Below are positions 51,577 through 62,947 of a DNA stretch of 64,000 nucleotides, in pieces. The stretch's first letter is position 1; each line of letters opens with the position of its first letter. Both the position numbers and the translations under genes were made by a program. Below the pieces are notes generated by a model. It did not search any database. It had not been told where the DNA came from and saw only the letters and a program-made list of their open reading frames with translations. Source of the DNA: Sedimenticola sp. (GTDB lineage Bacteria > Pseudomonadota > Gammaproteobacteria > Chromatiales > Chromatiaceae); assembly GCA_026196795.1 (NCBI GenBank), contig JAPHUE010000058.1, positions 7,745 to 71,744 of the forward strand, in the 5' to 3' direction.

Positions 51577-52264
51577 TCAACAGACAGTTATCGCCTGCCA
51601 GGAGCTGACCCGTACGTTTAAAGATGGCAATCTTAATGTCGATGTCCTGAAGGGTGTCTCCCTGAGTGTCAATAAGGGGGAGCGAATTGCCATAGTAGGG
51701 AGTTCTGGTTCTGGAAAGAGTACCTTATTGCATTGCCTGGGTGGACTGGATAAAGCAACCAGTGGTGCGGTTCTCGTTGATGGCATGGAGTTAAACCGGT
51801 TGTCAGAACGGGCTCGCGGTGTGTTGCGAAATCGCTCATTGGGATTCGTCTATCAGTTTCATCATCTGTTGCCTGAGTTTACCGCGTTGGAAAATGTGGC
51901 GATGCCTCTGTTAATCGGTGAAAGCAGTGTAGAGCAGGCCCACAAGCGGGCAGAAGAGATGCTGCGACGAGTTGGCCTAGAGCATCGGGTTGGCCATAAG
52001 CCCGGCGAGCTTTCAGGTGGTGAGCGGCAGCGTGCAGCCGTGGCCAGAGCCCTGGTCAATAATCCCCGCTGTGTACTGGCTGATGAGCCAACAGGCAATC
52101 TTGATCAGAAAACTGCTCGGCAAGTCTATGATCTGATGCTGGAACTGAACAGAGATCTTGATACCAGTTTTATCGTAGTAACACATGATATGAGACTGGC
52201 TGAAAGCATGGATAGAGTACTGACTCTTGCGGATGGCGTCCTGGGCAGTTTTGAGAATCAATAA
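51569..52264 (+). CDS. lolD: Lipoprotein-releasing ABC transporter ATPase
   Basis: [37 protein letters not shown]. Confidence 0.95.
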   Translation: MSDQQTVIACQELTRTFKDGNLNVDVLKGVSLSVNKGERIAIVGSSGSGKSTLLHCLGGLDKATSGAVLVDGMELNRLSERARGVLRNRSLGFVYQFHHLLPEFTALENVAMPLLIGESSVEQAHKRAEEMLRRVGLEHRVGHKPGELSGGERQRAAVARALVNNPRCVLADEPTGNLDQKTARQVYDLMLELNRDLDTSFIVVTHDMRLAESMDRVLTLADGVLGSFENQ

Positions 52265-52271
52265 GCTTGAT

Positions 52272-52781
52272 TCACTTTTTCCGGCGGTTTTTCCAATGGC
52301 TGATAATATGCATACGCCATAGACCACGTATCCCCAGATAACCCAGAACCGAAGCAATAGCCGCGCAGACAAAACTGCCCAGATAGAGAGGCAGCCATAT
52401 GTTGCTCATGCTCTGGGTGAACCACTCCATGGTCAGTTCAAAATGGCCGTTCATGACAGGCTCATCCATAATCCAGGTTCCAACCAGGTAGTTAAAATAG
52501 AACATGGGTGGCATGGTGAGCGGATTGGATATCCAGACCAGTGCTATTGACAGAGGCATGTTGACACGGGTAGGTATCGCAGTAGCTGCGGCCGCAATCA
52601 TCTGGAAGGGTATGGGTATCATGGCCCAGAACAGACCGACGGCAAAGGCACCCGCAACGGAACGACGATTCATGTGCCACAGGTTTGGGTCATGCAGCAG
52701 TTGACCAAAAACCTTTAAGTGCTTGTGACTGCGGATCGATTGATGATTCGGTGTAAATCGTTTAATCAGGTTTTTGGGCAT
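52272..52781 (-). CDS. DUF2062-family membrane protein
   Basis: LHDPNLWHMNRRSVAGAFAVGLF..PIPFQM, WISNPLTMPP. Confidence 0.85.
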   Translation of the reverse strand: MPKNLIKRFTPNHQSIRSHKHLKVFGQLLHDPNLWHMNRRSVAGAFAVGLFWAMIPIPFQMIAAAATAIPTRVNMPLSIALVWISNPLTMPPMFYFNYLVGTWIMDEPVMNGHFELTMEWFTQSMSNIWLPLYLGSFVCAAIASVLGYLGIRGLWRMHIISHWKNRRKK

Positions 52782-52999
52782 ACAACCTCAATTCTCATTC
52801 AATCCCCTGCACAGGCGGGTGGTATTGAAGCATGCTAAACATCATTTGACCAGTAACTATACAATCGGCAGCTCTCTTCAGTTACTTAACTCGAAGTATT
52901 CAAATCTCTCCAAATGATAATCGTAAAGCTGGTTTTTAACTGCAATAAGATTTAAAGTGTTCTCAAGTGCTCTAGTAATCATCCATCCAGGGAAGGAAG

Positions 53000-55312
53000 A
53001 TGATCCAAAAAACACTCGCCTTCGTGATTGGGGTAGTAGTACTCCAGTTTCAATCAGCATTACCCCCTCTGTTGGTCATCGGAGCGCTGATCCCGTTGCT
53101 ATGCGCCATCGGGTTGTTTCGACGCCATGCCTTCATACAAACAACGCTTTTTCTTTTTACGGGCTTTCTTTGGGCCGCATTTCATGGGCACATGACACTC
53201 AGTTCCGAGTTGGATCAGGAGCTGCAGGGTATTGATCTTATTGTGACAGGTGTTATTGCATCATTACCTGATCGCGCCTCTGAGCGTACCCGTTTTGAAT
53301 TAAAAGTTGAATCAATGACGTATCAGGGAGAATCAAAATCTTTCCCTGAACGGTTGTTGGTAAGTTGGTATAAAAATGCACCGTTGATTTCTGCCGGTGA
53401 GAAATGGCAGTTTCTGGTACGTCTGAAGAGGCCCCATGGTTTGTCCAATCCAGGGGGCTATGATTATGAACGAACACTATACAGTAAAGGTATTCGCGCC
53501 ACAGGCTACGTGAGAGCTGACGGGGATAACTATCGAATTGCACCAGCCGGTACTACACATATTTTAAATCGGTTACGTGAGGAGATAGGACATAAGATCA
53601 CTCAGCATGTAAATGATAAATCGGTGTCCGGAATCATTTTGGCCCTGATAATTGGTGACAGGAGCCAAATCTCATCATCCCAGTGGGATCTGTTTCGTCA
53701 GACCGGTACTAACCATTTAATGGCCATTTCCGGGCTCCACATCGGCATTGTTTCGGGTTTGTTCTTTTTTGTGGGCCAAGGCGTGTGGCGTCGATTCAAC
53801 AGCGGCTGTCATATTCTACCGGCGCCCCAGTTTGCTGCCCTGACGGCCCTTTTTGCCGGGTTTGTTTATGCTGGGCTGGCCGGATTCGCCACTCCCTGTA
53901 CACGTGCGTTGATTATGCTGGCTGTTGTGATGGGGAGTGTGCTTCTAAAGCGGAGAGTTCAGCCGTTTCAGAGTCTCGCCACGGCGTTGTTTGTTATTGT
54001 TGTGCTTGATCCTGTTGCTGTTATCTCTGCCGGTTTCTGGCTCTCATTTGGTGCTGTCTTTGTTATTCTGCTTGGAATGCAGGTACAGCGCAGCAGCGGG
54101 AGAAGGTTAATCCGGGACTTGATCAGGATGCAATGGGTTGTCGCCCTTGGTTTGGCGCCGATACTGATACTACTCGGTTTTCAGGTTCCACTGATTTCGC
54201 CTGCTGTTAACATCTTCATGGTTCCTCTGTTTTCTCTGATTCTAGTCCCACTGTTGTTTTGCGCTGTATTGCTACTTTTTGTGTGGCCCTTTGCAGGAGC
54301 TAGCCTAATCAATCTTGCAGCCTGGTTGATAAGTCAGGTTGAAACGCTCTTGTCAGGGGCGGCCGCCTACAACTATAACCTGCCAACTCTGGTTGAAGCG
54401 CCGCTATGGATGAGCATGGGGCTTCTGTGCGCTGTTTTGATGTTTCTCTTACCGTCGGCCATTCCTGGTAGGCGATTAGCTCTGCTGCTGGCCTTGCCGG
54501 CTCTTTTTTATAAGCCAGTAACACTTCCTGCGGAAGCGGTTCGCGTCACTATGCTGGATGTAGGGCAGGGGTTATCAGTAGTTGTGGAAACAGCCCACCA
54601 TGTACTGCTCTATGATGCCGGGCCCAGTTTTCCGTCCGGTTTTGATACAGGAAAGCGGGTTGTCATCCCTTTTCTTAGCTCACGTGGAATCCAGCATCTT
54701 GATAGGGTAATTGTGAGTAATGGTGATAGTGATCACCGTGGCGGTCTGGGGGCCGTTCTGGATCAGTTTCCAGGTACTTCCTTGATTAGTGGTGAGCCAG
54801 AGCGAATTTTGGTTGGAAATCCAACCCCATGTGCGGCGGGTCAGCACTGGACGTGGGATGGTGTAGACTTCGAGCTATTACATCCAGAGAACAACCATCA
54901 TTGGCGTGGAAATAATGCCTCCTGTGTGGTGGCTATTCGAAATAAATCAGGCCAGATATTATTAACTGGTGATATTGAATCAGAAGCGGAGGCCTCACTG
55001 GTAAAGCGCTATAAAGAAAAATTAAGATCGCTTGTGGTCACTGTGCCTCATCATGGCAGTGCCAGTTCATCCGGCAATGCATTTATAAAACTGACCCAGC
55101 CTGAATATGGATTGATTTCGGCGGGTTATCTAAATCGCTACAGATTCCCCCGTGATCAGGTTCGTCAGCGTTGGCAAGAGGCTCAGGTCGCCCTGTTTAA
55201 TACGGCTGAAGCAGGCGCGATTTCATTTATTATTCAGCCTGATGGAACAATACAGGGACCCTGGAGCCATCGTATATCGACAAAAAGATATTGGATGAAA
55301 AGCTCATCCTAA
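53000..55312 (+). CDS. comEC: DNA-uptake competence protein ComEC/Rec2
   Basis: NPGGYDYE, TGTNHLMAISGLHIG, GFWLSF; MBL domain DVGQG, DSDHRGG, LTGDIE, PHHGS. Confidence 0.93.
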   Translation: MIQKTLAFVIGVVVLQFQSALPPLLVIGALIPLLCAIGLFRRHAFIQTTLFLFTGFLWAAFHGHMTLSSELDQELQGIDLIVTGVIASLPDRASERTRFELKVESMTYQGESKSFPERLLVSWYKNAPLISAGEKWQFLVRLKRPHGLSNPGGYDYERTLYSKGIRATGYVRADGDNYRIAPAGTTHILNRLREEIGHKITQHVNDKSVSGIILALIIGDRSQISSSQWDLFRQTGTNHLMAISGLHIGIVSGLFFFVGQGVWRRFNSGCHILPAPQFAALTALFAGFVYAGLAGFATPCTRALIMLAVVMGSVLLKRRVQPFQSLATALFVIVVLDPVAVISAGFWLSFGAVFVILLGMQVQRSSGRRLIRDLIRMQWVVALGLAPILILLGFQVPLISPAVNIFMVPLFSLILVPLLFCAVLLLFVWPFAGASLINLAAWLISQVETLLSGAAAYNYNLPTLVEAPLWMSMGLLCAVLMFLLPSAIPGRRLALLLALPALFYKPVTLPAEAVRVTMLDVGQGLSVVVETAHHVLLYDAGPSFPSGFDTGKRVVIPFLSSRGIQHLDRVIVSNGDSDHRGGLGAVLDQFPGTSLISGEPERILVGNPTPCAAGQHWTWDGVDFELLHPENNHHWRGNNASCVVAIRNKSGQILLTGDIESEAEASLVKRYKEKLRSLVVTVPHHGSASSSGNAFIKLTQPEYGLISAGYLNRYRFPRDQVRQRWQEAQVALFNTAEAGAISFIIQPDGTIQGPWSHRISTKRYWMKSSS

Positions 55313-55428
55313 AAAGGGATCGCTCTAACAGCTTTTGATCGGGGTCTGTAATACAGTATGATACAGCGTATCTGATGGGGCGAATGCCCCGGATACAGTA
55401 AAACTAAACTCCAGAGGGAATCGAGAAG

Positions 55429-56043
55429 GTGTTTGAACTGGTAAAAGCCGGCGGTATTCTGATGCTGCCCATCATCGCGTGCTCAATTGTAGCAATGGCC
55501 ATAATTATCGAGCGACTCTGGGCACTGCGCTCACAGCGTGTGATACCGAATAATCTGGTGGCGCAGATCTGGCAACTGCACAGCAAAGGCCAGCTGACGA
55601 ATGCCCATGTGGTTACTGTTAAAGAGGGCTCTCCACTGGGGCGCATTCTTGCGGCCGGGCTGGTGAATCGACAACACTCCAAAATTATCATGAAAGAGGC
55701 CATTGAGGAGGTAGGGAGACAAGTCGTACATGAGCTGGAACGTTACCTCAATACCCTTGGTACCATCGCCTCAATTGCGCCACTACTCGGTCTCCTCGGG
55801 ACGGTCATTGGCATGATCAAGGTGTTTGCAGCCATTATGACCGCTGGTGTCGGAGATCCGACCGTATTGGCCGGTGGTATCTCCGAGGCATTGATTACCA
55901 CGGCTGCAGGCCTCTCTGTGGCTATTCCGAGCCTGATGTTCCACCGTTATTTTGGTGGTCGTGTAGAACGGCTGGTGGTAAAGATGGAGGAGCAGGCACT
56001 GAAAATGGTTGAGGTGATGCAGGGCGAGCGCGAGCAGGAGTGA
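55429..56043 (+). CDS. exbB: MotA/TolQ/ExbB proton channel protein
   Basis: LGTIASIAPLLGLLGTVIGMI, GISEALITTAAGL. Confidence 0.88.
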   Translation: MFELVKAGGILMLPIIACSIVAMAIIIERLWALRSQRVIPNNLVAQIWQLHSKGQLTNAHVVTVKEGSPLGRILAAGLVNRQHSKIIMKEAIEEVGRQVVHELERYLNTLGTIASIAPLLGLLGTVIGMIKVFAAIMTAGVGDPTVLAGGISEALITTAAGLSVAIPSLMFHRYFGGRVERLVVKMEEQALKMVEVMQGEREQE

Positions 56044-56047
56044 TCAG

Positions 56048-56473
56048 GTGAATCTTCGTCCACATCGTAAAGAGTCTCCAGAGCTTAACCTGACCCCACT
56101 GATCGACGTGGTTTTTCTGCTGCTGATCTTTTTCATGGTTTCAACCACCTTCGATAAAGAGTCCCGTATAAAAGTGGAGCTGCCCACAGCAGCCACACAG
56201 GATGAACAGGTCGAAGAGGAAAAAGTCTTACAGATAACGGTGGATGCCAATGGCCGCTTCTATGTTGATGAACGTGAGGTGGTAAATACTGATTCGGACA
56301 CACTTAAAAGTGCTATTGAGAAGGCCGCTGGCCTGCGACGCGATCTGCCAGTCATTATCAAGGCAGATGCCCGTGCCGATTTTCAGTCCGTATTCAAGGT
56401 AATGGATGTCACCAGCCAGCTGGGCTTTGTTAATATGACCTTTCCCGGCAAGCAGCCGGTAGAGACTGAATGA
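56048..56473 (+). CDS. exbD: ExbD/TolR biopolymer transporter
   Basis: NLTPLIDVVFLLLIFFMV, IIKAD. Confidence 0.88.
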   Translation: MNLRPHRKESPELNLTPLIDVVFLLLIFFMVSTTFDKESRIKVELPTAATQDEQVEEEKVLQITVDANGRFYVDEREVVNTDSDTLKSAIEKAAGLRRDLPVIIKADARADFQSVFKVMDVTSQLGFVNMTFPGKQPVETE

Positions 56474-56480
56474 TTCGTCT

Positions 56481-57476
56481 GTGAAAAGACTCGATCATTA
56501 TTGGTACAGCGTTAATCCGGTCTCAATACTACTGCTGCCGCTCTCCTGGCTGTTCTGTTTCATAAGCTGGCTACGCCGACTGGCCTATCGATTCAATTTT
56601 AAACCTACCCGGCATCTCCCTGTACCTGTCATCATCGTAGGCAATATTACCGTTGGCGGCACAGGGAAGACGCCGCTGGTGATCTGGCTGGCAGCGTATT
56701 TGCGAGAGAAGGGCTACAGCCCGGGCATTATTTCCCGGGGCTATGGTGGAAGTGCATCTGAATGGCCAATCCAGGTTACTGCTGACAGCAACCCCCAGGA
56801 AGTAGGGGATGAACCCGTTATGTTGGCGCAACGCAGTGGCTGTCCTGTTTGGGTGGGGCCTGATCGACCAGCCACCGGTCATGCTCTGTTAAAAAATTCA
56901 TCCTGCGACATACTTATCTCTGATGATGGTCTGCAACACTATGCACTGGGTCGGAAGATCGAAATAGCGGTCATTGATGGTGTGCGAGGGTTAGGTAATG
57001 GCTTCTGTCTTCCTGCAGGTCCCCTTCGGGAGCGTGCCAGTCGATTGAGCCAAGTAGACCTGGTGGTTTTTAATGGGGTGGTTACTGATGGGATATCCCG
57101 TTTTGCAGGTCACTGTATGACATTGACAACGGGTGATCTGGTCAATCTTAAAGATCAACGCCGGGTGTCAACGACGCAATTTCAGGGTCAATCAGTTCAC
57201 GGGATGGCTGGAATCGGTAATCCTGAGCGCTTTTTCAATACACTCACTCAATTAGGCATGAAGGTTGAAACACACGCCTATCCCGATCATCATAAATTCA
57301 GCGAAGCTGAAATCTCACCCAACGATGATCGGCCAGTGATTATTACTGAGAAAGATGCGGTAAAATGCGTCACGTTTTCCCAACAGCGTCACTGGTATCT
57401 GGAAGTCAGTGCCGAGCTGGATAGGGATTTCATTCAACAACTGGACAAACTGATTAGAGAACTCAACGATGGATAA
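56481..57476 (+). CDS. lpxK: Tetraacyldisaccharide 4'-kinase
   Basis: [46 protein letters not shown]. Confidence 0.95.
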   Translation: MKRLDHYWYSVNPVSILLLPLSWLFCFISWLRRLAYRFNFKPTRHLPVPVIIVGNITVGGTGKTPLVIWLAAYLREKGYSPGIISRGYGGSASEWPIQVTADSNPQEVGDEPVMLAQRSGCPVWVGPDRPATGHALLKNSSCDILISDDGLQHYALGRKIEIAVIDGVRGLGNGFCLPAGPLRERASRLSQVDLVVFNGVVTDGISRFAGHCMTLTTGDLVNLKDQRRVSTTQFQGQSVHGMAGIGNPERFFNTLTQLGMKVETHAYPDHHKFSEAEISPNDDRPVIITEKDAVKCVTFSQQRHWYLEVSAELDRDFIQQLDKLIRELNDG

Positions 57477-57651
57477 AAAACTACTGGATATACTGGTATG
57501 CCCACTCTGCAAGAGTAAGTTGACCTACAATCGCAAAGGCAGTGAACTGATCTGCAGGGCAGATCGTCTGGCTTACCCTATTCGCGATGGCATTCCGGTC
57601 ATGCTGGAAGATGAAGCACGAAAACTTCCTGCTGATGAAGAAGTCGAGTAA
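57469..57651 (+). CDS. ycaR: Trm112-like protein YcaR
   Basis: [28 protein letters not shown]. Confidence 0.93.
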   Translation: MDKKLLDILVCPLCKSKLTYNRKGSELICRADRLAYPIRDGIPVMLEDEARKLPADEEVE

Positions 57652-57690
57652 ATCCACTGTATTTGAATCACCCCTGTTTCTGGAGTTCTA

Positions 57691-58458
57691 ATGAACTTTA
57701 AAGTCGTCATTCCTGCCCGCTACGCATCAACCCGACTGCCCGGTAAACCACTTCTTGATATTGGTGGTAAACCCATGGTTCAGTGGGTACATGAACGTGC
57801 ATTGCAGAGTGGGGCAGAGCAGGTGGTGGTGGCGACTGACGATAAACGGATTGCCGATTGTGTCAGCAGTTTTGGTGGTGAAGTCTGTATGACCAATCCT
57901 GATCACAGGAGTGGTACAGACCGTATTGCAGAAGTCGCTAGGGTCTACGGCTGGTCAGCCCATGAGATAGTGGTCAATCTTCAGGGTGATGAGCCTGATA
58001 TGCCGTCTGCATTACTGTTGCAAGTTGCAGAGGATATGCATGCCCATCAGGATGCGGTAATGACGACGCTCTGTGCCGGCTTGACAGAAAAGGCGCAGTT
58101 ATTCGACCCCAATGTTGTCAAGCTGGTGACCGACCAAAAGGGTTATGCACTCTATTTTAGTCGTGCCCCGATTCCCTGGGATAGAGAACAGTTTTCGGAT
58201 CAATCAATGATACCGGAACAAGTGACGGGGTTTTATCGGCATATTGGACTCTATGCCTATCGTGTCGGTTTTCTCGCACGCTATGTAACCTGGCCCCCAT
58301 CCCCTTTGGAGACTATTGAGTCGCTAGAGCAGCTTCGGGTGCTTTGGCAGGGGGAGCGTATTCACGTCAGTGAGGCCGCCGAGATGCCCGGTCAGGGTAT
58401 TGATACCCAGCAAGATCTCGACCGGATCAATCAACAGTTCAACAAGAACGTTGACTGA
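57691..58458 (+). CDS. kdsB: 3-deoxy-manno-octulosonate cytidylyltransferase
   Basis: IPARYASTRLPGKPL, SGTDR, NLQGDEP, LYFSRAPIP, RHIGLYAYR, LEQLR. Confidence 0.95.
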   Translation: MNFKVVIPARYASTRLPGKPLLDIGGKPMVQWVHERALQSGAEQVVVATDDKRIADCVSSFGGEVCMTNPDHRSGTDRIAEVARVYGWSAHEIVVNLQGDEPDMPSALLLQVAEDMHAHQDAVMTTLCAGLTEKAQLFDPNVVKLVTDQKGYALYFSRAPIPWDREQFSDQSMIPEQVTGFYRHIGLYAYRVGFLARYVTWPPSPLETIESLEQLRVLWQGERIHVSEAAEMPGQGIDTQQDLDRINQQFNKNVD

Positions 58459-58460
58459 AT

Positions 58461-58745
58461 TCAGTCCACTTCTTCTTTTACGATTTTATTAGCCAGCAGT
58501 TCAAGTAACTCTTCCGAAAGCGTATCGGGTGAGTCACCATAGAGTGGAATTATTACTGTCTCAGGCCCTTTACGTGATGGTTCACCAAACAGGTTGGCCT
58601 GGATAATTGCCTGACTTGTTGGATCTGCAAGAACCACACTGCCTTCATCACTTAATATCTCATGCAATACCCATTCTCTCCCTTCGTGGTTAAAGTGGTA
58701 ACCTATTAAGGTACGTAAACGATGTAAGAAAGCATGGTCATTCAC
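58461..58745 (-). CDS. Hypothetical protein
   Basis: 94-aa ORF (IQANLFGEPSR..PET) converging on kdsB; no family assigned. Confidence 0.65.
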   Translation of the reverse strand: MNDHAFLHRLRTLIGYHFNHEGREWVLHEILSDEGSVVLADPTSQAIIQANLFGEPSRKGPETVIIPLYGDSPDTLSEELLELLANKIVKEEVD

Positions 58746-58880
58746 TTTAGTAATCTCATAGGGTGAGCATTGATAAAAAAATGGGGTTATAAATAAAGGT
58801 GAGGCACGACGTCATGTAGCAAAAAACATAAACTTAAAAGACCTTGCAATTGCCTGAATAAGAAAGTGTGTACCTCTGTA

Positions 58881-59258
58881 CTAATAATGTTGATAGCTCA
58901 TGAGTAGATCGCTTTTTCTACGTCCATGACTAGCGCGTCTCTCAAGGCCTTGCCGGAAAGTCCGTCTTCTTTCTACTCTGAATCGGCGCGATTTATTCTT
59001 TCTTCTATCAACAATTCCTTCATACACGCAACGACAATCGGTTGATGTGCAGCCGACTAAAGGGAGCTTAGGAGCCTCGCTGATCAAGAATGTATTATCC
59101 ATCTGATGAATTGATGTCTTACAGCCGCAACGACTTATCCTGACAAGAATGAATGGCTGGTACTCTGAAATTCTTTTGAGCTGCATCTTTTGCACTTGGT
59201 CGTATGCTACCGGTTCATCTTTCCGCTTAATAAACCATCCCATAATGCTAGAATCCAT
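58881..59258 (-). CDS. Hypothetical Cys-rich protein with Arg-rich DRR/ERR tail
   Basis: RCGC..EAPKLPLVGCTSTDCRCVYEGIVDRR..ERRR..ERR..GRRKSD. Confidence 0.7.
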   Translation of the reverse strand: MDSSIMGWFIKRKDEPVAYDQVQKMQLKRISEYQPFILVRISRCGCKTSIHQMDNTFLISEAPKLPLVGCTSTDCRCVYEGIVDRRKNKSRRFRVERRRTFRQGLERRASHGRRKSDLLMSYQHY

Positions 59259-59372
59259 ATTGAAGACTATGATGTAAACCTTATTATAGGCTACGATCTA
59301 TTAATTGCATGATCAACATATATATGATGTGTGTAGTATTTAATTGTCTAACTAATCGCTGAATTACTGATT

Positions 59373-59855
59373 ATGAAAAAAGTGTCTGTTCTGTTTGTCT
59401 GCATGGGCAATATATGTCGTTCGCCAACGGCACATGGGGTGTTTGAAGATTTAGTGGCGCGTGCTGGTCTGCAGCAGCATATCCTGGTTGATTCTTCCGG
59501 AACGCATGCTTATCACGTTGGCAACTCACCCGATCCCAGATCACAGAAGACGGCGGCTTCGCGTGGGGTCGACTTGAGCGGTCAGCGTGCTCGTCAGACA
59601 GAACGAAAAGATTTCGATCTATTTGATTATATTGTGGCGATGGATAAGGACAATCTATCAAACCTGCAATTTATTGCACCGGCTGAAGGAAAGAAAAAAC
59701 TGCATTTATTATTGGACTTCGCCCCAAAGCTTGGAAGCAAAGAAGTCCCTGATCCTTATTATGGCGGGAGTAAGGGGTTTGATAAAGTATTTGACCTGAT
59801 CCAGGGTGCTTCTGAAGCGTTATTGGAGCATATAAGGCGGGAACACCAACTCTGA
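59373..59855 (+). CDS. ptpA: Low-molecular-weight protein-tyrosine phosphatase
   Basis: VLFVCMGNICRSPTA, VPDPYYGG. Confidence 0.93.
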   Translation: MKKVSVLFVCMGNICRSPTAHGVFEDLVARAGLQQHILVDSSGTHAYHVGNSPDPRSQKTAASRGVDLSGQRARQTERKDFDLFDYIVAMDKDNLSNLQFIAPAEGKKKLHLLLDFAPKLGSKEVPDPYYGGSKGFDKVFDLIQGASEALLEHIRREHQL

Positions 59856-59888
59856 TACTTCTTATGTAACTGACTGTGCCGTGTCGTT

Positions 59889-59924
59889 AAAAAGGCAGGT
59901 GACCAGTGGCCACCTGCCTTTTTT
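59889..59924. terminator. Bidirectional intrinsic terminator between ptpA and rne
   Basis: AAAAAGGCAGGTG / CACCTGCCTTTTT stem with flanking A and T runs. Confidence 0.88.
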
Positions 59925-59944
59925 ATGTACTCAATAAATCCGAA

Positions 59945-62900
59945 CTACTCGTTGTCTCCTGCCGGCTTTATTTCTGGCTTTGCAGAAGCGGCAGCCTGGC
60001 TGGTCTTGGCTGATGCTTCAGGTGCGGAACTGCTCTCGGTTCGCGATTTAGTCTCAACCTGACGCAATGGTTGTGCTGGTTCAGGCTTTTTAACGGCAGC
60101 AGGGGCCGCAACTGGTTTCTGTTCAGGTGCTGGAGTTGCAGCCGGCTTGGGTGCGGTGGCTGCGGGCGCGGCAGGTTTTACTGCCGTTGGTTTAGTTTCA
60201 ACCTGGCGCAACGGCTGTGTTGGAACCGGTTTAGGGTCTGGAGTTTTGGCAGCAACAGGGGGGTTCGGCCTCTCTTGGGCAGGCTTGTGTGCAGTTGGTG
60301 CTGCTTCCATGGCTTTAACAGAGGCGGGATTAGTCACCACCTGACGTAATACCGGCTCATTACTGGTTTTGTTGCTTGTGGCCGTTTTCTGCTCAGGTGC
60401 TTTAGCCGTTTCGGAGGAGGGAGTCACCGGTTTAGCTTTTTCAGTTACTGGGGGTTTGCTTGCTTTATCAGCCGTCACTTCAGGTGCTACAGCCTTCGTG
60501 CTTTCAGGCGTTGCACTGGCAGCAGGTTTTGTAACAACGGCTTTTTCCACAGACTCAGCTTTATTGCCTGTTTGATCCGCCGTGGGCTTTTGCGAACCCG
60601 TGTCAGGTTTCTTCGCTTGCTCCGGTTTAGATTCCTGTGAGCTCTTTTCAGCTACCTTTGTCGCATCAGGGGCCTGATTACTGTTATCGTCCGCCTCATT
60701 CTGATTTCTAGGCTTGCGTGAACGCTGGTTTCTGTTGGATTTAGGTTTGCTCTTCTGAGCAGTATCATCCGACTGTTTTTCACCAGCGACAGGGGCCTGT
60801 TGGGGCTGTTCCTGATTGACCTGACTTGTCTGTTCGGTAGACTCATTTTCGTTAGGATTAGTTTTGCGTCTGCGACGACCGCCACGACGACCCCGACGCG
60901 AACTGCGCTTGGGTTCATCATTTGCAGTTGGTGTTGCCTGCTCATTGGCGGGGCCATTTGTGTTAGTGGCTGTTGCCTCTTCCTTGTTCTGATTCGCCCC
61001 ATCCTTCTTCGGCGCCTGTCTTGTGTCAGACTTGTCGGCCTTACGTTGGTTAGGCTGTGAACGAGTGTCATCGCCCTTCTTTTTGCTGGCCTGCTTTGGC
61101 TTCGATGGCCGATTGGCATTTGAACGCTTATTATCGTCTTGATTAGAGCGCGCACGTCTGTCGCGGCCTTTTGATTCGGCACGTTTGGGGGCGCTGCGTT
61201 TTACAGGCTCTGGCGTTTGTTCGGCTGGTTTAACTTCTGAATCACCACCAATAATCGCCTTCCAGAGTTTGCTGAAAAAGCCTTTCTCCCTGGGCTGCTC
61301 CTGAGTGATCTCCTGCTTGGGCTGAGGTGTTGGGGCAGGTGATGAGGGCACAAACCTTTTTACAGTGGGTTCTTCAGGTGTTTCGGTATTTGGTTTGGCA
61401 AAGTCAGGGGTCTTGTCTTCCGGTTCAACCATCAATTTATAGCTGGCCGTTTCCTCGGCATCTTCTGGCATATCCTGATCACGTATGCGTTCAATTTCAT
61501 AGTGAGGAGTTTCCAGATGAACATTCGGAATCAGAACAACATTCACGCTTTGGCGCTGCTCAATATCATGAATCGCCTGACGTTTTTCATTAAGCAGGAA
61601 CGTCGCTACATCAACAGGCAGCTGGGCATTAATGCGCAGGGTGTTCTCTTTCATGGCGTGCTCTTCGATAATGCGAAGTACCGAGAGGGCCAGGGATTCA
61701 ACACCGCGAATAAAGCCATGTCCGTCACAGCGTGGACAGACATGCAGCATCGACTCACCCAGAGAGGGACGTAGTCTCTGCCGTGAAAGTTCTAGCAGTC
61801 CGAAGCGGGATATGCGCCCCAGCTGAACCCGGGCGCGATCCTGCTTCATGGCTTCTTTTAGCCGATTTTCAACTTCACGCTGATTTCTGGTTGGCGTCAT
61901 ATCGATAAAATCGATAACGAACAGTCCACCCATATCACGCATTCTTAGTTGACGTGCGATTTCGTCAGCGGCTTCCAGATTGGTATTGAGAGCGGTTTCT
62001 TCAATATCCGCACCTTTTGTAGAGCGGGCGGAGTTGATATCAACAGAAGTAAGTGCTTCTGTATGATCGATGACGATGGCGCCACCGGAAGGCAGTCTCA
62101 CTTCACGCTGGAAGGCAGACTCAATCTGGCTCTCTATCTGGTAGCGACTGAAGAGTGGCACTTCGTCAGTGTAGTGACGCAGTTTACGTAGATTATGCGG
62201 CATTACCTGCTCAATAAATTCGCAGGCTTCTTTGTAAACTTCAGGGTGATCAATGACGATTTCACCAATATCCTGACGCAAATGGTCACGGATAGAGCGA
62301 ATGATGACATTACTTTCCTGATAGATCAGGAAGGGGGATGGTTTCTCTTTTGCAGATGACTCAATGGCATCCCAAAGCTGTAACAGGTAATTCAGATCCC
62401 ATTGCAGATCTTCCTGGCTTTTACCAATTCCTGCGGTGCGCACAATCAACCCGGATCCGTCTGGAATCTCCAAGCCTGACATGGCATCACGCAGATCGTT
62501 TCTTTCCTGGCCCTCGATACGTCGAGATATGCCACCCGCCCGAGGGTTATTGGGCATAAGTACCAGATAACGTCCTGCCAGCGAGATAAAGGTGGTTAGT
62601 GCCGCGCCTTTATTTCCCCGCTCTTCCTTTTCAATCTGTACGACAACTTCCTGTCCTTCTTTGATGGCGTCTTTAATCTGGACACGTCCACCAGACTCAC
62701 GGGCAGAGTCAGTAAAATAGTTACGGGAGATCTCTTTAAGGGGGAGAAAGCCGTGGCGTTCAGATCCATACTCAACAAAGGCAGCTTCAAGGCTTGGCTC
62801 TACACGTGTTACTTTGCCCTTGTATATATTGGCTTTTTTCTGTTCGCGTCCAGCGGTTTCTATATCGAGATTAAAAAGTTTTTGGCCATCCACGATGGCT

Positions 62901-62947
62901 ACACGCAACTCCTCAGGCTGAGTTGCGTTGATTAACATGCGTTTCAT
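59945..62947 (-). CDS. rne: Ribonuclease E
   Basis: [33 protein letters not shown] Zn-link, membrane-targeting [12 protein letters not shown], disordered C-terminal domain. Confidence 0.97.
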   Translation of the reverse strand: MKRMLINATQPEELRVAIVDGQKLFNLDIETAGREQKKANIYKGKVTRVEPSLEAAFVEYGSERHGFLPLKEISRNYFTDSARESGGRVQIKDAIKEGQEVVVQIEKEERGNKGAALTTFISLAGRYLVLMPNNPRAGGISRRIEGQERNDLRDAMSGLEIPDGSGLIVRTAGIGKSQEDLQWDLNYLLQLWDAIESSAKEKPSPFLIYQESNVIIRSIRDHLRQDIGEIVIDHPEVYKEACEFIEQVMPHNLRKLRHYTDEVPLFSRYQIESQIESAFQREVRLPSGGAIVIDHTEALTSVDINSARSTKGADIEETALNTNLEAADEIARQLRMRDMGGLFVIDFIDMTPTRNQREVENRLKEAMKQDRARVQLGRISRFGLLELSRQRLRPSLGESMLHVCPRCDGHGFIRGVESLALSVLRIIEEHAMKENTLRINAQLPVDVATFLLNEKRQAIHDIEQRQSVNVVLIPNVHLETPHYEIERIRDQDMPEDAEETASYKLMVEPEDKTPDFAKPNTETPEEPTVKRFVPSSPAPTPQPKQEITQEQPREKGFFSKLWKAIIGGDSEVKPAEQTPEPVKRSAPKRAESKGRDRRARSNQDDNKRSNANRPSKPKQASKKKGDDTRSQPNQRKADKSDTRQAPKKDGANQNKEEATATNTNGPANEQATPTANDEPKRSSRRGRRGGRRRRKTNPNENESTEQTSQVNQEQPQQAPVAGEKQSDDTAQKSKPKSNRNQRSRKPRNQNEADDNSNQAPDATKVAEKSSQESKPEQAKKPDTGSQKPTADQTGNKAESVEKAVVTKPAASATPESTKAVAPEVTADKASKPPVTEKAKPVTPSSETAKAPEQKTATSNKTSNEPVLRQVVTNPASVKAMEAAPTAHKPAQERPNPPVAAKTPDPKPVPTQPLRQVETKPTAVKPAAPAATAPKPAATPAPEQKPVAAPAAVKKPEPAQPLRQVETKSRTESSSAPEASAKTSQAAASAKPEIKPAGDNE

